A stretch of DNA of 64,000 nucleotides from Chiloscyllium plagiosum. Its lineage: Eukaryota. The translations under genes and the position numbers were made by a program. The notes beneath the pieces were generated by a model, which saw nothing but the letters and a program-made list of their open reading frames with translations, ran no database searches and was not told the origin of the DNA. The stretch covers positions 45,688,658 through 45,752,657 of the forward strand of contig NC_057719.1 in NCBI RefSeq assembly GCF_004010195.1, read 5' to 3'. Each line of letters starts with the position of its first letter. The stretch's first letter is position 1. Positions 39,736 to 51,021 of the stretch are shown here, piece by piece.

Positions 39736-40090
39736 TTGAAGCTCCTTGGATGCTGCCTGAACTGCTGTGCTCTTCCAGCACCACTGATCCAGAATCTGGT
39801 TTCCAGCATCTGCAGTTATTGTTTTTACCCTCTCAAGATGGATAAATCACCCAACCTAGATGGACTATACCCTAGAGTTCTGAAGGAGATAGCTGAGGAG
39901 ATTGTAGAGTCATTAATGCTGATCATAAAGGAATCACTGGAGATGGGGAGGATCCCAGAGGACTGGAAAATGTAACACTTCTGTTTAAGGAGGGAGAAAG
40001 GCAGAAGACAGGAAACTGTAGGCCAGTTAGCTTGATCTCTGTCAATGGTAAGGTTTTACAGTCCATTATTAAGGATGAGATTGCAGAATA

Positions 40091-40431
40091 CAGGTACACA
40101 ATACTTTATCCAAAATACCAGAATCCGAAAAACTCCAAATTCCGAAGTCTTTTTCGTGAAGTTTTCTTCTCCATAGTAAGGTTGTTTGACATGCAAACAG
40201 TTAACCCAGCTCCACATCCATTCAACCCATGTCACTCAGATATGAAGTAGTGGCATGGCCCAGCACTGGCCGGCATCAATTCTGTCTCAGAGCTCTTGGT
40301 ACTCACAGCCTGCTGTTTGGTAATTCTTGTTAATTTCACTGCGAAACTGTCAATTATTCAGAAATCCAAAGAATTCCGAATCCCGAAAACCAGCTGGCCC
40401 TAAGGGTTTCAGATAAAGAATTGTGTACCTG
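40091..40431. mobile_element. TA-targeted MITE (Tc1/mariner-Tigger-like)
   Basis: TIRs CAGGTACACAAT(a)CTTTATC and GATAAAG(a)ATTGTGTACCTG. Preceded by TA and followed by TG (mutated TA). Internal tccgaa sub-repeats. Confidence 0.75.
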
Positions 40432-41313
40432 TGCTTGGAAATGCACGGTAAGATAATAATGAGTCAGCATAGCTTCATCAAGAGTAAGGTCACGGGTGAC
40501 AAATCTGTTAGAATTTTTGGGGTGGTAATAAGCAAGTTAGACAAGGGGAAGCCAGTAGATGTAATCTATTTAGATGTCCAGAAATGCCAATCAGTTCTAA
40601 GTAAGAAGCCATAGTGTTAGGAGCAAGCTAATGGCATGAATAGAGCATTGGCTGACTGGCAAAAGGCAGACATCAGGGATAAAAGGGCCTTTTTCAGGAT
40701 GACAGCCAGTGACTCGTGGATCTCTGCAAGGGTTAATGGGTATTCACATTATACATTAACTATCTGAATGAAGGAACTGAGGGCTCATTCCTGAAACATC
40801 GATTCTCCTGCTGTTTGGATGCTCCAGAATGACTTGTACAGGAGAGTGGGCAAAGAGTAGCAGATAGAATTCAATCTGGGAGTGTTTGAGATTATGCACT
40901 TTTTAAGAACAGAGGTGTGAACTATTTTCTAAACAGAGAAAGACTTCAAAAACTGTAAGTGCCAAGGGAATATAGGAGTCCAATTCAGGATTCTCTAAAC
41001 ATGCAGGTTCATTTAGCAGTCAGGAAGGCAAATGCAATGTTAGCATTCATTTCAAGAAAGCTAGAATACAAAAGCAGAGATGTACTGCTGAGGCAGTAAG
41101 ACTGTAAAACTCTGGTCAGGCCTCATTTGGAATATTATGAGCAGTTTTGGGCCCCATATCCCAGGTAGTGTGATCTGGAGGAGATTTATATGAATGATCC
41201 TGGGGATGAAGGGTTTGTTATATGAGGAGTGATTGAAATGTTTGGGTCTGTACTCAGTGGGGTTTTTTAAGGATGAGTGGAGATCTCATTGAAACCTACA
41301 GAATATTGTGATG

Positions 41314-41748
41314 AGAAGATTTGTAGCTCAGGTTGAGGTTTTGGATGTAGGTTTGCTCGCTGAGCTGAAAGGATCATTTCCAGACGTTTCGTTACCTTGC
41401 TAGGTAACATCTTCAGTGGACCTCAGGCGAAGCAATGCTGAAAATTCCTGCTTTCTATTTATAGGTTTGGGTTGGTGATGTCATTTCCTGTGGTAATGTT
41501 ATTTCCTGTGGTGAAGTCACTTCCTGTTCCTTTTCTCAGGGGGTGGTTGATGGGGTCTAACTCGATGTGTTTGTTGATAGAGTTCTGGTTGGAATGCCAT
41601 GCTTCTAGGAATTCTCGTGCGTGTCTTTGTTTGGTTTGTCCTAGGATGGATGTGTTGTCCCAGTCGAAGTGGTGTCCTTCCTCATCTGTATGTGAGGATA
41701 CTAGTGAGAGAGGGTCATGTCTTTTTGTGGCTAGTTGATGTTCATTGT
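41314..41748 (-). mobile_element. 5'-truncated Penelope/Poseidon-type PLE (GIY-YIG C-terminus + pseudo-LTR, family B)
   Basis: ORF piece EHQLATKRHDPLSLVSSHTDEEGHHFDWDNTSILG...AREFLEAWHS...SINKH is typical of the PLE GIY-YIG C-terminus. 13-bp TSD GAATATTGTGATG at 41301-41313 and 41749-41761. Confidence 0.88.
41379..41420 (-). ncRNA. Minimal type I hammerhead ribozyme (family B), best-preserved copy
   Basis: Minus strand TCCA-CTGAAGA-T-GTTACC TAGCAA GGTAAC-GAAA-CGTC-TGGA. Perfect 4-bp stem I, perfect 6-bp stem II, palindromic ACGT helix III and GUC triplet. Confidence 0.85.
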
Positions 41749-42318
41749 GAATATTGTGATGCCTGGTCAGAATGGATGTGGAGAGACTAGTAGGAGAGAC
41801 TAGCACCCAAGGGCACAGCCTCAGAGTGAAGAGATGACCCTGGCACATATTAAAATAATATTCCAACCCTTCTTATTTAAGCTAACTCACGTTGCTTACT
41901 ATATTTTTTTAAAGCAAATACCTTTATAATCTTGTTATAATCTAGCTTTGCAATTTCAGCACTTTGCTAATTAAACTTAATTTTATAATATGTATGCTGT
42001 CACAACACTACACTGAGGTCACTACGAATAATTCTGTATAGTAGCAAATATCTTATGTGCCCTCTTAAACATTTTTTGTGCAAGTAAGCAATCACTTACA
42101 ATGTTTACAAATATTTTGGCCTTCCTGTCTCAACTGCTGTAAGACTGTCATGCCACTATTTAGTCAGGGGAGGGGAAAAGTCAAAATTAGAAAGGTGAAA
42201 ACACAATGGTTTCATGTTGAAACTATTTATACCCAACAAGGGATGATGGTAGTCTCAGCCATTCCACTACCTATATGGTTACTCTTCATATAATTATTTT
42301 TGACTGTCCTTCCATAGG

Positions 42319-44204
42319 AGAAAGTGAGGACCGCAGATGCTGGAGATGAGAGTGGAAAAGTGTGGTGCTGGAAAAGCACAGCAGGTCAGGCAGCATCCAA
42401 ACAGCAGGAGAATCGATGTTTCAGGAATAAGCCCTTCATCAGGAATGTCGGGAAAATAGCGGGCTGAGACATAAAAAGGAGGATGGGAGTGGGGCTGGAG
42501 GAAAGGTAGCTGGGAAGGCAATAGGTAAATGCAGGTGAGAGTGAACGTGATAGGTTGGTGGGGAGGGTGGAGCAGATCAATGGGAAGCAAGATGGACAGG
42601 TAAGGCAGGTCAAGAGGGTGGCGCCGGGTTGGAGGGTTGAATCTAGGATGAGTTGGGGGGGAGGGGAGATGAGGAAACAGGTGAAGTCGATGTTGATGCC
42701 GTGTGATTGTAGGGTCCCATGATGGAAGATGTAGTGTTCTTCCTCCAATCCTGGGCCCCCTCCAACCATGGCTTGCATTTGGCGGTGGAGGGGGCCCAGG
42801 ACTTGCATGTCCTTGGCAGAGTAGGAGGGGGAGTTGAAGTGGTTGGCCACAGGGTGGTGGGGTTGTTTGGTGCTTGTGTCCCAGAGATGTTATCTGAAAC
42901 ATTTCCACGAGTTGGCATCCTGTCTCCCCAATGTAGAGGAGACAATAGCAAAAGCAACGGACACAGTAGATGAGGTGCTTGGATGTGCATGGAAAATCTC
43001 TTGGGGGCCTTGGATGGAGGTGAGGGGGGAGGTGTGGGCACACAGTTTACATCTCTTGCAGTGGCAAGGGACGGTGCCAGGTGTAGAGGGTGGATTGGTG
43101 GGGGTGTGGACCTGACGAGGGAGACATGGAGGGAACGGTCTCTGTGGGAAGGGAAATATATCTCTGGTGTTGGGGTCTGATTGTAGGTGGCAGAAATGAT
43201 GGAGGATAATGTGCTGTATCCATAGATTATTGGGGTGGAAGATCAGGACCGGGGGGTTCTACCCTTGTCGCAGTTGGAGGGGTGGGGGGGTTCAAGGGTG
43301 GGGGGGTTCAAGGGTGGAGCTGCGGGAAGTGGAGGAGATGCACTAGAAGGCATTGTTGACCACATGGGAGGGGAAATTGTAGTCCTTGAAATAGGAGGCC
43401 ATCTGGAATGTTCTGGAGTGGAATTGCTCCTCCTGGGAGCAGACGCGGCAGAGGTGGAGGAATAGGGAGTAAGTGATAGCATTTTTATAGGAGCGGAGTA
43501 GGAGGAGGTGTAAGTAGGAGAAAGTGAGGACTGCAGATGCTGGAGATCAGAGTTTAAAATCGTGTTGCTAGAAAAGCGCAGCAGGTCAGGCAGCATCAAA
43601 GGAGCAGGAGAATCGACGTTTCAAGCATAAGCCCTTCTTCAGGAATGAGGAGTTGTGGTCCAGGTAGCTGTGGGAGTCGATGGATTTGAAATAGATGCCC
43701 ACGTTGAGTCATTCGCCAGAGATTGAGACGGAGAGGTCCAGGAAAGGAAGAGATTATGGTAGTCTCAGACTTTCCACTGCCAAATCCAAACCACCTGACG
43801 ACTGGAGGAAGAAAGCTTAATCTTCTGCCTTTGGACCCTTCAACCACACAGCATCAACATCAACTTCACTAGTTTCCAAATCTCCCCTCCCCCACCTCAT
43901 CCCAGATCCAACCCTCCAACTAGGCACCCCCTCTTGATCTGTCCTACCTGTCCAATGTCCTTCCCACCTATCTGCTTCACCCTTCCCACCAACCTATCAC
44001 AAATAACTCCCACCTGCATCTACCTATCACCTTCCCAGCTACCTTCTCCCCAGCTCCAGCCCCACCCCCACCTTCCTGTTTATCTCTCAGCCTCCTTTTT
44101 TACCCCACATTCCCGTTGAAAGGCTTATTCCCAAAAAGTTGACTCTCCAATTCCTTGGATACTGACTGACCTGCTGTGCTTTTCCAACGCCACACTCTTC
44201 GACT
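42319..44204 (-). mobile_element. Neptune-type PLE: RT thumb + GIY-YIG remnant, 3' pseudo-LTR and inverted 5' pseudo-LTR (family A)
   Basis: Pieces CTSKHLIYCVRC...LLYIGET, ANHFNSP and LEEEHYIF...GTLQSHGINIDF, plus a YFK-DSHSYLD-like thumb motif near 43660-43695. The plus-strand segment at about 43790-44204 is the inverted counterpart of about 42350-42750. TSD-like CTGTCCTTCCATAGG (42304-42318) and CTGTCTTTCCATAGG (44205-44219). Confidence 0.88.
43517..43646 (-). mobile_element. Younger family-A pseudo-LTR with hammerhead (43611-43646), nested in the Neptune-type PLE
   Basis: Minus strand ATTC-CTGAAGA-A-GGGC TTAT GCTT-GAAA-CGTC-GATT. Flanked by gaggaggtgt (43502-43511) and gaggagttgt (43647-43656). 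Confidence 0.72.
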
Positions 44205-44284
44205 CTGTCTTTCCATAGGGTAACCAATTTGCCTACTCTACAATGAATCAGTTCAAACGAAGGGACTAAAAATGCAGGGTTAAA

Positions 44285-45115
44285 GAACAATATGTGAGGG
44301 AGTAGAATTAACCAAATTGCAGGGATCCCGAAGATCTGCTTTGCCAGTCGATCATGGCAGATATGTTTCTCAACCTCATTCTCCTGCCTTCTCCCCATTA
44401 CTCTTGATCCCTTACTAAATAAGAGCCTATCTATCTCTGCTTTAATTACACTCAATGACAGCCTCCGCACCCTCTGGCTGAAGAAATTCCTCCTTATCCC
44501 AGTTTGAAAGGATAGTTCTTCCACTCAGAGGCTGTGGCCTCATGTCCGAGTCTCACCTACTAGTGGAACACCTTTTCCACGTCCATTCTACCCAGGCCTC
44601 TCAATGAGTTTCAATGAGCTCCCCGCTCATCCTTCTAAACCCTCAGTACAACCAAGAGTCCTCAACCACTCCTCGCGTGACAAACCCTTTATCCCTGGAT
44701 CATTCGTGTAAACCTCCTGTGGACTCCTTCCAAAGCCAGAACATCCGTCCTTAGATAGAGGGCCCAAAACTGCTCACAATAATTCAAAAGTAGTCTGACT
44801 AGAGTCTTATACAGCTTCAGCAGTGCATCCCTGTTCTAGTATTTGAGCCCTCTCTAAATGAACGCTAACATTACATTTGCCTTCCTCACTGCTAACTGAA
44901 CCTGCATGTTAATGTTAAAAGAATCCTGAACTAGTAATCCTGTTCTTCTGTGCATCAAATTTCCAAATCCTTTCCCCATTTAGCCTCTATTCTTCCTCCA
45001 ATGTGCATAATCTCACACATTCCCACATTGCATTCCATTTGCCACACTGCTTTGCACACTTTACCCTGTCCCAGTCCTTCTTCAGCCACTCCATCTCCTC
45101 TACACTATCTGTCCC
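44285..45115 (-). mobile_element. Decayed CR1 3' part
   Basis: Colinear similarity to 16740-17600. Confidence 0.8.
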
Positions 45116-45377
45116 TCCATAGCACTGACCATAGTTACCATTCTATAATTCAATACTGTTCTATGTCTCATTAGCACAACAGAACTATACTGAGCAGCAA
45201 GAAGAACGGCAAGGGGCAGTTAGCTACAATGCAAATGTTTTGAAATGAACAAAAAGTGAATGATTGGAACCTTAAGATTAGCACAAGTAACACAGATTGA
45301 GGATTCCATACAAGACATGCACAACAGACAGCTGCTGAAATTAAATATCAAGGAAAGGTAATTATGTCACAAATTAC

Positions 45378-45437
45378 CTGCAAGTCTGGTAGATACTTCT
45401 GCATAGGACTGCAAGAATGCCATGGAAACAGCATCCC
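45378..45437 (-). CDS. TXNDC16: TXNDC16 internal coding exon (60 bp, phase 1 to 1)
   Basis: cttttag|GGGATGCT...CTTGCAG|gtaatt. Translates (W)DAVSMAFLQSYAEVSTRLA, resembling human WQAVSMAFLQSYIDVAVKL as recalled. Confidence 0.93.
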
Positions 45438-45499
45438 CTAAAAGATCAATAATTAAAAATATTAACCCTGCAAAATGTCTTATACCAGCCTACCATACA

Positions 45500-46120
45500 T
45501 ATTTAAATGTAGGACTAGGTACTACAAGTCGTCTCACATAAACTCCTTATTTTTTTTGTAAACTTTCCAATCAAATTATCTTCTACTGAATCAACCAAGC
45601 ATACTGCTGAGATACCGCAGGAACCACAAGGGAATAAAGACCTTGATAGAATTTGTGTATTGGCCTCCTTACAGTAGTCAGGATGTGGGGAAGAAAATAG
45701 ATCAGGAGATAGAAAAAGCATGCAAAGAAACAATAATCACGCAGGATTTCAAAATGCAGGTATATTGGGAAAATCAGGTTGGCAATGAATCTCAAGAAAA
45801 GGAATTCATAGAATGTCTATGAGATTTTTTTTGGAGCAACCTGTGGTAAAGCCCATAAGTGTAATGAGGTAATGTGTAACATGTAACCAGAGGTAACAAT
45901 TGAGTAAAGGTAATGACAAAGACATGAGGAAGGAGCTGGTCAGAGTTGATTGGAAGGGGAACTTAATCGGGAATACGATGGAGCAGCAATGGCAGGCGTT
46001 TCTGGCATAATTTAGGAGAAGAAACACACAAAGGAGGACGAGGCAGTGATGGCTGATGAGGGAAGTCAAGGACCAGCATAAAAGCAAAAGGAAAAGCACA
46101 TGATATGGTGAAGATTCCAC
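45500..46120 (+). mobile_element. Old CR1 endonuclease-region fragment
   Basis: Similarity to 10100-10750 (YRPP-like and GDFN-like remnants). Confidence 0.55.
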
Positions 46121-48560
46121 TGGATGCTAATAGCTTCACTGAAATTGCACCATTACCTGACATTAATGATCATTCTCATAGCTAACAATAATATAATAAT
46201 TCATATTTAACTTGTAATAATAAATATGCCTGGTTAGTGCATCTGTAACCAGTAATTACATAATTCACTGCAAATCACCATGAAACCAAGCCTAAAACTC
46301 TCGGGTCAAGGTTCCATTCCCCTACAAAATCAAAGCCATTTAAAATGGTTCTGAGTTACTTTTGGATTATTATTCATAAAGAAACAGGAAATAATAGTCA
46401 AGTGAAATGAGATCCAGCTTGCCACCTCCACTGTTGCACTGTCCTGAGTTGTCGAGCAATAATTTATCAGTCCACCAGCCTTATGGGAAGTGGTAGCAAA
46501 ATAGTAATGTCACTGGTTTGATAATAACTCCTCACCCAGCTTTCTCCACTGCAACAATTATGAAATAGTTTGATTTTTGCTTCCCTAAACTATTCTTTAT
46601 AGCTAATGCAGTGCTAAGACGTTGGCGCAAAAGAAGTTTCTCTGACTGGGGATATGGTAGCTAAATTGCCATTGGTCTAATCAATATAAGAACTCATGAT
46701 GATCAGCTTGATGTATCACACTCCCATTGGGAAAGTCCTAGTAGAGCCCTATTTTCCTGCACCAAAACAGTTTTTGCCGTCCCTTTATTTGGAGGATTAT
46801 GGTATCTGAATTTTAATTAGCCTAATCAATTCAGAACATCATGATGATTATTTTGATGTACCATACTCCGTGTCAGGAAGCTGCAGTTAACTCTCACACA
46901 CAGCTAACTCGTTCATTTATAATAGATAAAGCAAGTCTCAGTAATGGAGCCAAGAAACTATTATCAGTTATCATAAAAACCCATCTAGCTCATTAAAGTT
47001 CTATAGAGAAGGAAATGTGCCATCCTCACCTGATCTGCCCCCATGTGACTCTATCACTGCAGCGTGTGGTTGATTCTAACCTGACCTCTGAAATGGCCTC
47101 ACGACCAGTGTTCAAGGACAATTAGGGATAGGGAACAAATGCTGATCTTACCAATGATGCAAATAAACTCCAGCCTTTGAATCTAGAAGTATGATTATTT
47201 TTAACTTCTGGAAACCAGAAGGCATATCTGGCTGGCCTGTGTAAGACCTCAAAGATTTAAATAGATTTTACATTGAATTAAATGAAGAACAACCAAACCA
47301 ATTAATGCCAGGCAGCGAGAAAAAAAGAGAGGCATCATCATTTGCAAACAAAATGGCAATCCAAATGGAATTAACACCCAACTAAAAAGTACCAATGGAG
47401 AGGTAATGTCTCCACTAATAACTGGGAGATAAGGGACTATGGCAGTAAAAAATACAAACAAAATTTGTCAGTGCACACCTCAAACTAAAGTCAAGCCATC
47501 AGATCCAACAAAGTGAATTTCAGAACAGGCACTTGGTGAACCTGTTGGCAATTTCTTACCAGGATTTAAAAATACAGCTGGATGATGTAAGGTTAAGGAT
47601 GAAAATGAAATTCTGCTAGTTCTGAAATTCTGAGGTATGAAAATATTTGTTTGGAGAAGGACAAGTTCTCAATATGTCAGTTTGTAGACATTCACCCAGA
47701 GACAATGAAGCCATTAGCAGACAGGTGAAGATGCTGGCTACCCAAATGGCTTGCCAACAGTTAAGTCAGGAAAAAGACTCAAAGATTGAAGCTGTGAATT
47801 AGTAAGAAAAGAAGGCAACCAGAAAGAAAGGTCACCAAGAGCTGTGATGAGATCACAGATGAAAATGACCAGTATATGGACTGCACTGCTGACCTTGTGG
47901 AAACCTTCAGAAGAAATACGCAGAACAAGGAAAGAAGATAGTAAAAATGTTACGAATGACTGAACATGGGATGAATGGGAAAAAAAAACATTTATATCTT
48001 ACATCATGATTGTTTGAAGATACAACAGGATAGGAACATTGCAACCAAATGAAATGTACAGATGCAACAGCTCTTATAGGAAAGCAGTTCACAAACATTC
48101 AGATTAGTAAGAGAATGAGAACTAAGCTCCCAGCCATAAATCTGGAGCTTATGATCAATACTAGAACATAGAGTAATATTATGCCAAGCAGACTAAAGCA
48201 GAGGACCTTGCCTGAAAATTTGAATGAAGATGATTACTCAAGGAAAGATGCTGTGAGATTGAGCAAAGTCATGCTCAGGCCATATAGGGGAAGTAGATGC
48301 AAGAAAAAGAAAAACTCATATCAGAAGGACACACAAAGAATACACAGTTGACATATATTTCTCTGTAACTAAAACAGATAACCCTAAAGTATTGGGATTG
48401 AACATTTGTGAAAAGCTGAAACTTGACTCAGCAGACCATGAAGTGAAAAAGGTGAGAATAAGGATTGAAAGTAGTAAATTCACTGAAAGGTATCCCTGAA
48501 TCAGAAGCAAGAACGTCTGGTACAATTGTCTGAAGAAATGTATGAACATCTTCTGGGATC

Positions 48561-48780
48561 AAGTTAAAAATCACACAACACCAGGTTGTAGTCCAACAGG
48601 TTTATTTGGAAGTGCAAGCTTTCGGAGCGCTGCTCCTTTGTCAAGTAGCTAGTGGGATGGCTACCTGGCGAAGGAGCAGCGTTCTGAAAGCTAGTACTTC
48701 CAAATACACCTGTTGGACTATAACATGGTGTTGTGTGATTTTTAACTTTGTCCACCCTAATCCAACACTGACACTCCAAA
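48561..48780. mobile_element. Fold-back family-C element with two degenerate hammerheads
   Basis: Arms at about 48561-48650 and 48659-48749 are reverse complements. Plus-strand core TAC-CTGGCGA-A-GGAGC AGC GTTCT-GAAA-GCTA-GTA. One-sided tail of about 30 nt. Confidence 0.75.
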
Positions 48781-51021
48781 GAAAAAGAAAGAAGCATATG
48801 TCAGGTGTAGACAGATAGATCGAGTGAATCCTTAGAAGAGTATAAAGGCAGTAGTGGTCTACTTAAGAGAGAAATCAGGAGGGCAAAAAGGGCACATAAG
48901 ATAGCTTTGGCAAATAGAATTAAGGAGAATCTAAAGGGTTTTTACAAATACATTAAAGACAAAAGAGTAACTAGGGAGACAATAGGGCCCGAAAATGTGT
49001 TGCTGGAAAAGCGCAGCAGGTCAGGCAGCATCCAAGGAACAGGAGAATCGACGTTTCGGGCATAAGCCCTTCTATGCCCAAAACGTCGATTCTCTTCTTC
49101 CTTGGATGCTGCCTGACCTGCTGCGCTTTTCCAGCAACACATTTTCAGTTCTGATCTCCAGCATCTGCAGCCCTCACTTTCTCCTCGAAGACAATAGGGC
49201 CCCTCAAAGATCAGCAAGGTGGCCTTTGTATGGAGCTGCAGGAGATGGAGGAGATACTAAACGAGTATTTTGCATCAGTGTTTACTGTGGATATAGAATG
49301 TGGAAATAGATGGTGACATCTTGAAAAATGTCCATATTACTGAGGAGGAAGTGCTGGATGTCTTGAAACGCATTAAGGTGGATACATCCCAGGACCTGAT
49401 GAGGTGTACTCTAGAAATCTGTGGGAAGCTAGAGAAGTGATTGCTGGGCCCTTTGCTGAGATATTTGTATCATTGATAGTAACAGGTAAGGTGCCAGAAG
49501 ACTGGAGGTTGGCTAACATGGTGCCACTGTTTAAGAAGGGTGGTAAGGACAAGCCAAGGAACTATACACCAGTGAGCCTGACGTTGGTGGTGGAGGGAAT
49601 CCTAAGAGACAGGATGTACATGTATTTGGAAAGGCAAGGACTGATTAGGTATAGTCAACATGGCTTTGTGGGTGGGAAATCATATCTCACAAACTTGATT
49701 GAATATTTTGAAGAAGTAACATAGAGGATTGATGAGGGCAGAGCGGTGGATGTGGTTTATGTGGACTTCAGTAAGGTGGTTGAAAAGGTTCCTCATGGGA
49801 GACTGATGAGCAAGGTTAGATCTCATAGAATACAGGGAGAACTAGCTATTTGGATACAGAACTGGCTCAAAGGTAGAAGACAGAGGGTGGTGGTGGAGGG
49901 TTGTTTTTCAGACTGGAGGCCTGTCACTAGCAGAGTGCCACAAGAGTCGGTGCTGGAGTCACTAGATTTTCGTCATTTATATAAAGGTTTTGGATGTGAG
50001 CATGAGACCTAAGGAACAATTTCTTCACGCACAGGGTGGTATGTGTATGGAATGAGCTGCCAGATGATGTGGTGGAGGCTGGTACAATTGCAACATTTAT
50101 AGTTAGTAAATTTGCAGATGACACCAAAATTGCAGGTGTAGTGGACAGCAAAGAAGGTTACCTCAGATTACAACAGGATCTTGATCAGATGGGCCAATGA
50201 GCTGAGAAGTGGCAGATGGAGGTTAATTCAGATAAATCTGTATTTTGGGAAAGCAAATCTTAGCAGGACTTATACACTTAACGGTAAGGTCCTAAGGAGT
50301 GTTGCTGAACAAAGAGACCTTGGGGTGCAGGTTCATAGCTCCTTGAAAGTGGAGTCACAGGTAGGTAGGATAGTGAAGAAGGTGTTTGGTATGCTTTCTT
50401 TTATTAGTCAGAGTATTGAGTACAGGAGTTGGGAGGTCATGTTGTGGCTGTACAGGACATTGGTAAAGCCACTTTTGGAATATTGTGTGCATTTCTGGTT
50501 TCTTTCCTATTGGAAGGATGTTGTGAAACTTGAAAGGGTTGAGAAAAGATTTACAAAGATGTTGCCAGGGTTGGAAGATTTGAGCGACAGGGAGAGGTTG
50601 AATATGCTGGGGCTGTTTTCCCTGGAGCGTTGGAGGCTGAGGGATGACCTTATAGAGGTTTACAAAATCATGAGGGGCATGGATAAAGTAAATAGACAAG
50701 GTCTTTTCCCTGGAGTGGGGGCGTCCAGAACTAGAGGACAAAGGTTTAGGGTGAAAGGGGAATGATATAAAAGAGACCTAAGGAACAATTTCTTCACGCA
50801 CAGGGTGGTATGTGTATGGAATGAGCTGCCAGATGATGTGGTGGAGGCTGGTACAATTGCAACATTTAAAAGGCATCTGGATGGATATATGAATAGGAAG
50901 GACTTGGAGGGAAATGGGCCGGATGCTGGCAGGTGGGACTAGATTGGGTTGGGATATTTGGTCGGCATGGACGAGTTGGACCGAAGGGTCTGTTTCCATG
51001 ATGTACATCTCTAAGACTCTA
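48781..51021 (+). mobile_element. 5'-truncated CR1 LINE (RT to 3' end), same subfamily as 8660-12376
   Basis: [31 protein letters not shown] and YCVHFW pieces. Tail ctctaagactctat. Confidence 0.93.
48991..49188. mobile_element. Fold-back non-autonomous PLE pseudo-LTR insertion (family A)
   Basis: 74-bp arms 48991-49064 and 49073-49146 (about 3 mismatches), plus a 42-nt tail. 14-bp TSD AGACAATAGGGCCC at 48977-48990 and 49189-49202. The empty site is visible in the paralogous CR1 at about 10927-10945. Confidence 0.87.

Larger units (their letters stand above)
39830..41840 (+). mobile_element. Decayed CR1 LINE RT region hosting a MITE and PLE insertions
   Basis: KSPNLDGLYPRVLKE, IPEDWK and VDVIYLD pieces. 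Sequence is colinear across the inserts. Confidence 0.85.

Noticed and set aside
42294..43043. 249-aa ORF, the longest in the track, as a host gene
   Set aside because: It is a frameshifted read-through of a decayed PLE GIY-YIG region and pseudo-LTR. The motifs are split across frames.
44108..44150. Additional functional hammerheads (also about 8184-8221, 40781-40805 and 57686-57725)
   Set aside because: These are homologous positions, but core nucleotides are mutated or missing (for example CCGTTGA, TTAAAGA, TTGAAAA). Counted only as decayed copies.
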